Below, piece by piece: positions 11,648-23,725 of a stretch of DNA of 64,000 nucleotides (its first letter is position 1; each line of letters starts with the position of its first letter). The notes beneath the pieces were generated by a model, which was given only the letters and a program-made list of their open reading frames with translations, did not search any database and was not told where the DNA came from. A program made the position numbers and the translations under genes. The stretch is from Podarcis tiliguerta (taxonomy: Eukaryota). The DNA lies in NCBI GenBank assembly GCA_965153285.1, contig OZ229110.1; one strand, written 5' to 3'.

Positions 11648-14600
11648 ATGCAGCCTGCTGAGACCTTTTCTGTGTTTGATGCGGCTCAGAATGCAGCTTT
11701 AATGAATGGACTTTGCCTTGTAACTGAATCATCAGGAGATGTCACATCGGTGGCCATTCCAGGTACTGCTTTTAAAGGGCCATATATCTGGAAAAGGGTT
11801 CTGGCCAAGGGTTCACCAGGTTTGCGGAGTTCATGACTCATGAGTTTAAAACTACGGTTGGTGAAAACACATAAGGATTTGAAACCACAGTTTGATCTTG
11901 GCTTGTTCTTGGTAACCAAGCAACAATTCCCGAAGCTCAAACATCTTGGAAAACTTTTAGTTTAAAATGGGAAGCAAATGCTTCTGATTTTATCCTCATG
12001 ACCACAAAAAGAGGAAGCTGTAGGCTTTCTGTGGCTTATTCATGTAATGAGAAACCATGGTTTCCTTTTGTGTTTGTTAGTGTGTCACTTTATGACATCA
12101 TCAGTGTGCCGCTTTAGTAATTTTGCATCTTTGTCAATTAGTTAAAAACCAGTTATGTTTAAACTAAATACTGGGCCTGTTTGTGTATTCCATCCAGGAT
12201 TCTTCCTATCGAGGTGTTAGTGATACTCTCTCACACACAATATTTCTCGATTCCTTTTTTTTGGTTTTCATTCTAATGTTTAAGATTTGCAGCCGTCTGT
12301 ATCAGGATTTTCACATTCTTAAGCCCCTCAGAATTCGCTGAGGTGTTATACATTTGAGTTGTGTTAAACAAAGATTTACATTCCTTCATACATAACTGTA
12401 TTTGTGCCAGTAACTGTGTTCATTTTCATTCTGTTCACCACAGTGACTAAGGGAGCAGATCGACCTAGTAGGATCTTAGAGGTGTCAGACAGGATGTACT
12501 GCTCTGCCTGCTCAAAAGCCTTTGACAATAGAGAGGAGCAGGTGGGTGTTGCTGAATGTTTTTGAACAATGCTTTCACTGGGAACAGGATGGTGCAAAAA
12601 TCCATTTGTCTCTTGTCCTCAGATGAAATGCAGTATCCAGTAGATCAATGGCATGAATCTGGATATGGCCAGTGGGACAGATCCTTATCTCTATTACTAC
12701 TCCTACTCCTACTCCTACTACTATTATTTATTAAATTTGTATTCCGCCCTATACCTGCAGGTCTCAGGACGGTTCACAGGATAAAATCACAATATAAAAA
12801 CACAACATACATAATTAAAACAAAAACAACGCAATAACACCCCTCCCCAAATTAACCTACCCTACCCTCTGCACTGGCCAAATTTGACAGGTGGGTGGAG
12901 CCACCTCTCCTTTCAATCACCTCACAATGACTGGTGATATAGTGCTTTAAAGTTCCAACAATCAGTTGATCATCAGGGCTTCAAAGTGTTGTGTAGTTTG
13001 ATCCTGTGCACTGGACTCTTATCAGCTGGTCATTGGGACTTCAAAGCTGAAATGTTTGCACTGACAGAAAAACCAGTATTGAATTGCTCCCACAGTTAAT
13101 ATATAAAAGGGAAGCTATAAGTAACAGCTTGCAACATTGTTTTATCAAGAGATGGCCCTTGTTTATTCAGTACTGAATGAAAAAGTGATAGATAATTTTC
13201 TACATAAAATTGTTTCTCATTGATATAACACATTCTTTCTCCCCTCTCTTCCTTTTGGCATTTTTGCTTTTTTGAATGTCAAAGTATAAAAATATAAATT
13301 AAAAAAGTAATATTAGAACTCTGAATCACCTAATAAAGCTGATTGATGAAAGATTCAGGGCAGACAAAAGGACTTCTTCATATAGTTAAAACTATGCATT
13401 TTTTTCTCCTGGGATGTAGTGAGGGCCACAAGCTTGGTTGGCCTTAAAGAGGATTAGACAAACTCAGGGGTGGGGAACTGGATCCAATCTGCAGGCCAGA
13501 TCCTTAATTCCTCCATCCTCCCCAGGCTAATTTCTTTAACCAAGCTGTAACTGCTAGGCAGCTAATCTGTGGTTGTAGCAAGCTTCTTTGTTGTCTGTTT
13601 GCAGGTGCAGTTTGGATTCAAATTGCACCCGCAAAGGACTTCAAAGGGACTTGCTGCAAGGCTTTTTTAAGGTGCACTGTCAGTCAAAGTATGCCTTCAA
13701 AGATGCTCATTAACAGTGCTGCTCAGGACTGTCAGCAAGCCTCACTTGCAAAGGGACAATCAAGCGCTCACTTCAAGCTACCAATTGTTCTTTTGTAAGC
13801 ATCTGCTTACCTGCCCCAAATCTCATGTCACATATGAAGTGAGGTTTGGAAGTGGGCATGTTGAAGAAAATAGCCTCGTGGATCCATTTAGACCCATGAT
13901 TTGAAGAATCCCCACCCCTGTAATAGAGAATAAGGCTATCAATGGCACCCAGTCTTAATGGCTATGTTCTGCCTCTATTATCAGAGGCAATATGTCTGAA
14001 TACCAATTGCTGAGAATCACAAGTGGGGAGAGAGTTGTTGTGCTCAGGTCCTGTTTGCAGGCTTCCCATAGGTATCTAGCCACTGTGAGAGCAGAATGCT
14101 AGACTAAGATGAACCTTTGGTCCAATCTATCAGGGCTGCTCTTATGTTCCTAAGATTTCAAGTCCCCCAAATCGCAACAAAAATAGGATTTTGTATGATG
14201 GGAATTGTAGGCCCTATACTCATAGTAATAACTGATATGCAACTTCCATATTGGACTGACCCAGATACTGTTTTATGTCCTTAATTAAGCACTCGGTATT
14301 TCATGATCATTGCAAAGAGGTGCTTTTGCCTGCCCTATGTAGCCTGAGATATAGATGCCTAACACTGAACCAGTTACTACTGTGGCCTATGTTGGCTCTC
14401 CCACTGTCCCTTTCTTTTCCTGTGCAGACTGAGCATTATCGACTAGATTGGCATCGTTTCAACCTAAAGCAGCGGCTCCTGGGTCACCGCATGCTCACAG
14501 CTGAAGAATTTGAGGCAAAGACTCAAGCAGGTGAGAGGAACATGATATGGGTTCAATAGCTGAGAGTCCTCCATTGAGGCGGGTTGGACTAGATGACCCT

Positions 14601-17600
14601 TGGTGTCCCTTTCAACTCTAAAATTTATTATTCTATGAATACTACTCAAGAGCTCTGATGGTCCCAATGAGCTCCATTTTCCCAAAGATTCCAACCATCC
14701 AGCTTCACAGGCATTCATTAACAGACTGGGTAGAATAAGTCTCAGATGGGTGCCTTAGACTCAATCTCATCCAGCATGGGATGCTAGTTCATTTCACAGT
14801 TTATTACTATAATGACCCCTTTGGTTTGACTCTAGCTATGACAACATACTCCATTAGTCAAATGTATGTCCAAAGGAGCTCAGTCGTCTAGATCCACACA
14901 TATATTTCCTCCCTGCTGTGGTCCTGAGCTGTCTTAAGTAGAGAATTTTCCAGCTTTACCAGTCCAGACTGTCTTCTTTGCATGAGAATGCTCTGTCTTT
15001 CTGCCTTGTGGGCAGGAGTTTCAGATTTAAAATTCCAGAAATAGGATCTCTGGAATCCGTTACATGATGCACTTCCTTCTTGACTGTGTGATTTTCTTTT
15101 CTGTTACTACCTTGGTCCACAGGTGATGTCTCCAGCATCTCTGGGTCGGATTCCAGTGACTCTGACTTGGACAATGAATCTGAACCACCCAACAGTGAAG
15201 GCAGTCATCGGAGCCCCTCTCCATGTCAACGCTCCCAGCGGGTTCTGTTCAGAAATGCCCAAGGCCAGCTCATCTCAGTTTATCGCTGTGTGCTGAACAC
15301 TATGAAGGCATGTCACAGGATAACAAAGCAAAGCGCCTACTGGACCTCATTCCTTTTCTTGCTTTTGGTCTCTTCCTGTTTTAGTTACCAGCTGTCTCTC
15401 ACCAAATGATAAATGCCTGTCACGAACACACACACACCAAGAGGATAATGCTGTGGCCAAGTTTTAAAGGAAGTCTAGTGTCTGTTGCAATAAGCATAAA
15501 AGCGGTTGGTCTTAATTTTCCCACCTACTATCTTGCTTTAATTGCAAACTCTTCCTCCCAAGCAGGTATTATAATTTCAGCCAGTTGGGACTGTGTTGGC
15601 TTGTTGCCATAAATGTGTGGGTTTCTCTCTTAAGTCCTGCACAGTTCCTCTAGTCACCTGACTGACTTTTCCTTGCCCATTTATTTTTAACATCAAACTG
15701 GCCCATTTTGCTTTCCTGATATTACTCTTTCTCATAACTGTCAACTTTTCCCTTTTCTAGCGAGGAATCCTATTCGGAATAAGGGAATTTCCCTTTTAAA
15801 AAAAGGGAAACGTTGACAGCTATGCTTTCTGTTTTGTAACTGATGCTTTCCTAGAAGAAACCTGAATTTCTGCAGGATGAAGGAAGCATTTCCCCCACTT
15901 CCAAAACTTCTGTGGGAAGGGAACATCCCTTGAAATCCTTTTGTCTGTTTGGGACCAGCTAACACCCTGCCCATCCCTATTTAACAGCCAGGCTGAAAGC
16001 TGCTCTCATTGCTCAGTCAGTAAAACTCTCAGTAACTGAAGGGGTCTTTTGTCCATCCAGGGCAGTGTGGAGGAGCCTGAAGAGCTAGTGGCGTCCCTTC
16101 AGAGACAGAGCTCAGGAACCTCCTGGGTGATCCTAATGGCTGGCGGGGGACACTTTGCAGGAGCTGTCTTTAAGGGGTAAGAACGCAGAGGGGGATATCT
16201 GTCATGTGGGTCAACTTGCGAGCTGTAACAGCTGCCTTAAGAGTGTGACTGTGTCAGAAGGCTGATAAACCACGATCCCACATGTGCTTCCAGGCCAGTG
16301 TTAATGATCATCTCATGGTCTCCACTAAGCAGTTTCCTGGAAGTTCATGAAGAGAGAGAATGGGTGGGTGGGGAATGTAGAGTGCTTTATATCTGTAATC
16401 TGCTGGACCCCATTCAAGGTGCAAATCAGATGAGGAACCTGTGGCCCTCCTGATGTTGGATTCCAACTCCCATCATCTCCAGCCAACATGACCAATGCCC
16501 AGGTGGATGTTGGAGATGTAGTCCAACATCATCTGCAGGGCCACAAGTTCTCCATCCCCCAGATTCAAGGAGTTTATCAGTAGGCAGGAAGGCTAGAAGT
16601 GGACGCAAAGCATAATCATGATGAGGCAAAGCAAATTCAGCCAAGAACAACCACATAATGTGTGTGTGCAAAAACAGTCTCCACTCAATACTGACTCACC
16701 AGCACCTCCTCCCTGGAGAAACTTGAGGTCTTCATGGATGCATGCAATATAAAGCAGCCCATTTTAAGAGCTTGAGGATGTGAGATAAAAGGTCTTCATC
16801 CTTTGCTAAGCCACATCAGTCTAACATGAACGAAGACATCTGATCCATCCATCTCAATATTGCCTACAAAAGAGTGAGGAACCTGTGGCCCTCTGGATAG
16901 TGTCAGACTACAGAGCAGCAGCATCCCTGACCATTGGCCATTCTAGTTCGGACCAGTGGTGGTTGGAGTCCAGCAACATCTAGAAGGCCTCAGGTTCCGT
17001 ATTCCTGGTATGGCTAAAACCTGAGTCCATTTTGGCTAGACTTGGTTCCTAGTGAAGACATTCATGCTAAGATGATGATTCTGGATGTCGGTCTTTGCTG
17101 TAGGCTTACCGTCACTTTCTTCCCAGAAATGAGGTGCTGGAGCATAAGACGTTCCATCGGTATACAGTGCGAGCTCGCCGAGGGACAGCCCAAGGAGTGA
17201 GAGATGCTCAAGGGTCTATGCCAAAATCAGCTGGGGCCACACTGCGGCGCTACAATGAGGCTGCCTTGCTCAAGGTGAGTGCAGACCCTAGTAGAACCAA
17301 GGGTGAACACACAAAATGAAAAGGTGACAGCTATTTGAGAGCTTTGCTGTTTGAGTAAGATTGTCCCAGCTGTTCTGCCTTCACACAGGAAAGATGCAGT
17401 TGACTTTTACTGCAAGTCTATGCCAGTTCTTGTCAGTAGTCTGTGCATTAAAACAGTGACAGAAGAGGAGGATAGACCACTCTAGTCCCAATGATGTAGA
17501 CCAGGGCAGGCAATGTGGTGTCTTCCAGATGCAGTCCATCAATGAGTCCCATCATCCTTGACCATTGGCCCTGTTGGCTGGGACTGATGGGAGTTGGAGT

Positions 17601-20600
17601 CCAACCACATCTGGAAGGCATTGCCCTGGGTATCTCTAAGTAATCCCTTCTTGCTGCAGATTCCATATTGAGAAATGAAGCCCTTCCATACCATTCAGAC
17701 TGTTTCTGCATTCTCTCTTTTGAAATGATGTATTTTATGTATAAATGGCACTGGGGATCTCTTGGAAATAGGTGACCAATGGTTACGTTCAGATCCTATG
17801 CAACTCAGCCTTCATTGTGGTTACTTCGGCTGCACTAAAGGCGACAGCGATGGGCCTACCTGTTATACTTGTCTTTTCCTGCAGGATATTCAGGAGTTGT
17901 TGGCCAGCTGGACAGGGCATTTGCAAGGAGCAGAGTGTATCTTCCTTCGTGCCCCTCGCACCAACCGAGCTCGGTTTTTTGGCAGCAAAAATAGCCCTCT
18001 TCAGCGAGATGATCCCCGTATCCGGGGCATTCCTTTTAGCACCCGGAGAGCCACCTTCCACGAGGTGCAGCGGGTGCATGGGGTTCTGAGCAGTCTGCAA
18101 GTGTATGGTGAGCACAGCTTTTAGTCCCCGATCCCCACCCAAGTACTTGAAATGATGCTCCAATGTCTTTGTGTGTACTGTTTCTGACTGTAATCTTGGT
18201 TTTTGCCTAGAGATGTGGAGGCCCAGGGATGAGGTGGAGTATTGGAGTGTGTGTGTCATTTCCCTCCCATATCTCTATTCTAACCTTGTTTGCTTCTTTT
18301 AGCTCCTTTGCTCTTGCTGGAATTGGGCCACTGTGAATTGTCTATCTAGAAATCTGCCATTAGGAGTGGGAGTGGAGGGCATGGAACCAAGAGGATTTCT
18401 ATCCTAGAAAACACCATTCTGACTCTTTTGGCAGGCAAAGACACAGCAGTGGCAGATTTGATTTCCTCCCCTCGGAAGAGCTGGAAAAAGGTCCTTCCTT
18501 TGGATGAAGCATCTTCACAGAGTCAAGACACTAGTGAGTTGGAGAGCCTTGCCATCCCTGTCCTTGTAGCAATCCTTCATCCACTGCAGATGCTATGTTC
18601 ACTTTTTACCATCATAATCACCTAGACTATTGGGTGGAAAGACCACTGTGGGCTGCTGAAAGCAGCAAAGCAGGGGATTCTGCCTCCACTGGGAAATGGC
18701 TTTACGGAGAGTCCCTGGAAGAGGGTTGCGGGCAGGAAAATGCTGAAATCACGATGGTGGCTGCTAATGTGTAGGATGTGATCTAACAGTGGCTGCAGTA
18801 CAGCTGATGAAGGACTGATAGGCTGATTTGGATCACCTTCCATACCCCAATCCTCAAGTTCATTGAATGATCCCTACTTTGTTCATCAGAAGCTGAGAAG
18901 GAAAGGCTTAACCACGATCCCGTTTTCTTACAGTCTCTGCAGCAAAGCCAGAGGAGGAGAAGGAGGAGGAAGAGAAAAGTCTGCAGCAGCTGGAGTTGGT
19001 AGAGCAGACACTGAGTACACTGGAACTCCGAGAATTTGAAGTGGAACCAAAATTAAATCGCAAGAAGAAAAGGAAGAAACAAAAAACACTGATGGGTAGG
19101 TGGCTGAGGTAATGGACCTATTATTAGGTACAGATAGTGGGTGCATTCTCTTTCTAGAATGGCTAAATTATTTGCCTGCCTTGAAAGACACCGACCAGAG
19201 CCCCACAGTTTGGTGTCCTTGGCAGCTGCTTCCTATCAAGATGCAGGCTCCCAGGATAAGAAAGCCATGATGGGCCCTGGGCCAAAATCTAGAGGGACCT
19301 TAGTTCACAGAAAGTCAGAAGCTGCAACCCAGAAACTGAAATACAGTCCGTTTGGGAAGAAAGTTGTGCAAGCATTGGATATTCCATTAAAGCAAACCCC
19401 TGGGACAAACTGTATTCAGCATTTGCAGAAATGGCAACATCTTACCTGATCAAAGCACCGCTGTCTCTGTTAGGTAATCTGTTCTAGGTTAAAAATGTGC
19501 AATAGAAGAATGGCAACCAACATGATAAAATAGAACACACAGGATTCCTGTAGACAGAGGTGGGGTGGAGGGGACATTGCATTATGGGGAAATCAGTTTT
19601 GTACTTGCCGCAAGAGAGTCCACCCTCTTCTATTTTCTGGGAGGCAGTGCTTTCACATCTTTGTTCTGCTATCTTTACTCATGAGGACTGGGGCTTTAAA
19701 ATGAAATCTGATAGGTGTGCTGGATTTCATTATACTACCTGCCTTTCATGGGATAACTTGTGTGGCTGAAGAGGAGCCGCCGCAGACCCAGAGAAGTCAG
19801 TGTCAGCTGAGATGGTTCCAAAGATTTAAGAGAGCACAAATGAAGGCTGTCTTAAACCACCCTTCTAAATTACCCCTTTCTAAATCTGCATCATCTCAAT
19901 GTTATAGGTTGAACTGCATCCATCTCTAGTTTTAAGGTTAAAAGCAGGAGCTGCTGCTGCAGCTTTGGAGTCAGAGCAGTGTCATTGAGGGATAGAAATG
20001 ATTGTCTTTACCCCATGATCAGCTGTTCCCAAGCAGAAAAAGGGAACCACAGTTCTCCTGATGTTAATGACACTTGGAGCAAGTTGGGAGAGAGGGGTGG
20101 GCTTTTAGAACATGGGTGGTTAGTTTATCTGAATCCACCATTCATGCATTTCTGGGTCATTCTAGACAAAGTTACAGTGCTCACTAGACAGGGATCAGAA
20201 TGGTACTGATAGACTAAAATGAACTGGACAGGAAACAACACCTTGCATGTTCTTTCTTTTGAAGCAGAGTCCTCCACTGAGACTTCAAGAGGTGTGAAAG
20301 AGCCCAAGGCTTTGTTGCCCAGAACAGAGGAGTCACCCAATACTCAGAATTGTCTGAAATATGATGGTGAGTTTGGGGGTGGTTGTGTGAGCATCAGCAA
20401 GATCTGCACTTCCCCACTCCGTTTTATAATAAGGGGTTCTACAACAACTTGCCATTTGGGCCATTATTGTAGGTTGGAAGCCTGTGCTGGTTAAGGGAGT
20501 GGCAAAACCAAGACTTGACATTCTGTTTACCCTTAGAGGTAACATGGATATTTCATGGTTAATGTGAGACTCTTCCTTCCTTCCTCTAGGTCTTAGCACA

Positions 20601-23600
20601 TCGTTACAAGATGCCTTGTTCACAGCGTGTAAGATGGGAGACCTGAAGGCACTACAGCATCTTCTGGGGAGAGATAATAGCACAGCAGATAAAGCAGATG
20701 ACTGCAATGGTATCACCCCACAGCAATTGCTCAACTCACCCCTGGATGAGAGTGGCTGGACCCTTTTGCATGTGGCGGCAGCAGCTGGAAGGAGTACAGT
20801 TGTGCGGCTGCTGTTGGAGATGGGGGCTGATCCATCCCTTAGGTAATGCCCAGCTTGAGAAGACTATATTGATGCCTAGAGTCCTAAGACTTGGTTCTTG
20901 AGTTGCACTTCTGCTCTTTGAGTCAGAACTGCTGACCCCATAAAATTCAAGCTGCTCCTCTTGAGTGTCAGCTGTCCTTGACTCAGTTACACATTAAGTC
21001 TGAGCCCAGGTCTTTCAGAAGTATTGAGAATTAGTTGTTCTCAAAGGGCCAGAGCACTTGAGGGCCACTTTGTCCAAGTACCTATGCAAGCATAGGAAGC
21101 TGGAGGACATTCCACTCTCTGGAGGACATTTCAAATCTGTTCATAGCCTAGGATGGTTTGGGCTTCTCTCTCACTTCCAGTACCCAGTCGTAGAAGCAAC
21201 AAAAGTGATGTGGCACAAGCTGCTTCCATTTCCCAGCAGTGTCATCTTCTACAGTGGTTAGGGTTGCCATATTTCCAAAAGAAAAAACCAGAGCACCCCA
21301 AAAGCCCCCCAAAAAGTGAATTTTCGATTGACTTGCCTAAGATCCAGGACAAAGCGCTGCCTTCTGGAAATTTCCCCCTGACGTCAATTCCCCAGTAATG
21401 TCTGGGGAAATCTGGATGTATGGCAGCCTAACTGTGGTGTAGGTCACAGATCTGGACCTAAAGTTACATTGTGTTTCCTCCCCAGGGACAGACAGGAACA
21501 GCCTCCATACTGTGTTTCTGCCAATAAACAAACTCGTAATGAATTCCGTAGGTTCAGGGGTGAACAGCCTGAGAAATATGACTACGACCGGGCTCAGGTG
21601 GGTAGATGTATGTATGAAGAATGCTCTGGATGCATGTATGAAGAATTGGAAAGTGTCTAGTGTGGACGCTTACACTTGTGAATAAATAGAAAGCAAGTGC
21701 AAGTTGATCATCCTGGGCCAAGCCAGCTGCCCACAGAAGAGTCCTTATCTGTTCTTGTATGTTACTGACCTTGGACAGTTTTTGAGTTGCACAGCTTGCA
21801 GTTTAAGAAGGGAAGGCTTGATAAGAAGAATTCCAGAGTCCTTTTTGTCTTCCTTCCACTAATTCCCACGTAGCTTAACTATTTGGGGTGGGGGGCTCTT
21901 TTAGACCCTGCCACCCGTACCCATCCTTTGCATATCTCTCTGGAATCTCACACTCAGTGCAAAAGGCATCCTGGATTTCTCTTAATCAAATGCTCGCTCA
22001 AGCAGGCATTAATTTAAGTGAAAGATACATTTGAGTATGTGTATGAAGGACTTTTGTGTGTGTTTGTTTAAATCTCCCAGCTCTAAATATGCTATTGGAG
22101 CAGAGATGGGAAGGAAATGAATTTTGATGGTGTCTAGGGACTTTGCATCCAGAGATGTAGCAGGGCAGCAGCATACACAGAACAAAGGGAGACTCAAGCC
22201 CCTTTCAGGATCTCTTCTGGCTACTTGCTGCCGGGACTAGCCCTTTTCTGCTGGATCCACATCTACTATGTAATTGCAGGTACCTGGACCCCTGACGGCA
22301 GAAATGGAAGCCAGACAGGCAGAACGCCGCCAAGCACAAAAGGCCCAGCGGAAGCAGCGTGAGAAAGAGAAACGAGAGGCACAGCAGCTGCTTGAGCAAG
22401 AAGAGGATGAGAAACGGTGCTTTGCCCTGCTGAGTGATCGTGAGAAGGTGAGAGCCTCACTTCTGGAGCTATAAGCTTCCTGATATGATACATGGCATCA
22501 TCTGCTGTGCTGATCACAGAGAGCTTGCTTGACCAATGTTGTCCGAGAGAAGCTGTGGTTTCATGTAAAGAAAAGATTTTGCTGTTTCCTTTCCTTATCC
22601 TGACAATTGGTTATATTGGGTCATCCCTGTTGGTGTGGATATCTTTCTAGTTCTAGCATCTCCTGAGAAAGACACTTGATAAGACTTATTATACTGTTTT
22701 TCCTGAACCAGGCAACATCGGCCACTTTGGAGTGCTTTTGTTGCCATTTCTGAACCCATCTGTGCAAGACAAGCAGAATGGGTTTTTTGTTTTAGAATGT
22801 AATGAGGATCTTGAAGATCTACTTAATGTTGTCATGCTGGGATATGTCCTGAATCTAGGTAGGCATCTCTGTCTTTTCCATGGACATGACCTATATGTAA
22901 GAAAGGCCTCCTGAGATAGAGAATAACTCACAGATCTGTCCTACTTCCTGAGTCTTTGCTATACAGCCAAAGTTACCTTGAGAAAGGAATTTGGAACCTG
23001 CTACTCTGAACCAGTCTGTTCCTGCTCTGTAAACCGTGTGTGTTATTCTGATGGACTTAAATATCATAGGGCATTTCTGCTGCATTTTACTAAAATACTT
23101 ACGCCCTCCTGTTAGGAAGATCTGTGGTGAAATCTGTTTAGTTTTTAGTTTCCACAAGCTCCCTTGAATAAAAGGAACATGGCTAACTCTGGACTTAGTA
23201 TGTGACATACAAGCAGATTGCTTTTATAGTTTGACCCAGCTCTGGAACATCCTTGCACATCCTCCTAAATGAACCACTTGTTTTACATAGGATTTTGTAC
23301 AATGGGATGAAGACACTTCTCCCTATAGACCCTGGGGGACAGTTCTTTGTTGTTGTTCCTAATAGTATGTGTGTATTGCTTCTTAGCGTGCGTTGGCGGC
23401 TGAGAGGAGACTTGCTTCCCAACTAAAAGACTCCAGTGCAACTCTTACCAATACCAGGTAAGGTGGGTGAGTGGTGTGTTCCTTTTTGGCATGACCTCCA
23501 ACTACAATGATTCCAAGCTCATGCGGTCTCTTTGGTTTCTATAGGCGCTGTTGGCTATGTGGAGAGTCGCTACTGGGCCGCATTCCCTTCCATTACCTTG

Positions 23601-23665
23601 ACTTCTCCTTCTGCTCCACGAACTGTCTGCGAACTCATCGACAAGCAAATGCTGCCCTGTCCTAG
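11648..23665 (+). CDS. ANKZF1: Ankyrin repeat and zinc finger peptidyl-tRNA release factor (Vms1 homolog, ribosome quality control), ~690 aa
   Basis: 15 coding exons: 11648-11762, 12444-12541, 14428-14530, 15123-15307, 16061-16176, 17127-17274, 17885-18107, 18435-18533, 18934-19095, 20268-20366, 20590-20842, 21486-21597, 22280-22447, 23387-23457, 23545-23665 (2073 nt, phases consistent). Motifs: C2H2 finger CSACSKAF...HYRLDWH, VLRF1 [18 protein letters not shown], ankyrin [27 protein letters not shown]-terminal RCWLCG...FCSTNC. Confidence 0.95.
13345..14152 (+). mobile_element. CR1 LINE 3' end, interrupted by a nested MITE
   Basis: agattcagggcagacaaaagg...ggattagacaa, resuming as gaataaggctatcaatggc and ending in a ctcttatgttcct tail. 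Confidence 0.75.
13465..13920. mobile_element. hAT-like MITE nested in CR1
   Basis: Termini CAGGGGTGGGGA and TCCCACCCCTG; no clear TSD. Confidence 0.65.
14560..14638 (+). mobile_element. Short CR1 3' terminus
   Basis: ggttggactagatgaccc...caactcta...attctatga, the typical CR1 end. Confidence 0.7.
16427..16560. repeat. Short palindromic MITE (~135 bp family)
   Basis: gaacctgtggccctcctgatgttgga...tccaacatcatctgcagggccacaagttc is self-complementary. Related copies at ~16871, 17501, 31171, 41049, 56815, 57186, 60686 and 62065. Confidence 0.8.
16871..17007. repeat. Short palindromic MITE, same family
   Basis: ggaacctgtggccctctggat...catctagaaggcctcaggttcc. Confidence 0.75.
17501..17628. repeat. 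Short palindromic MITE, same family
   Basis: ccagggca...cttccagatg...catctggaagg...tgccctgg. Confidence 0.7.
21259..21430. mobile_element. hAT-like MITE
   Basis: TIRs TAGGGTTGCCATA / TATGGCAGCCTA. Flanks ACAGTGGT and ACTGTGGT match at 7 of 8 positions (TSD). Confidence 0.8.
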
Positions 23666-23719
23666 CTAGGGTTTTTAAAATTTGGGCCTTAATGATCTAC
23701 TTCCTAGAATCTGAATGGA

Positions 23720-23725
23720 AATAAA
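23720..23725 (+). terminator. Proximal polyadenylation signal of ANKZF1 (further AATAAA at ~24092 and 24436)
   Basis: AATAAA 55 nt after the TAG stop. Confidence 0.6.

Noticed and set aside
19141-19449. 102 aa ORF with a nearby acceptor in an ANKZF1 intron
   Set aside because: Splicing from the upstream exon puts it in a frame that soon stops, and the exon chain is complete without it.
23663-23692. ANKZF1 stop followed by CTAG (possible readthrough)
   Set aside because: The established motif is UGA-CUAG. Here the stop is UAG and the extension would be about 8 residues with no targeting signal.
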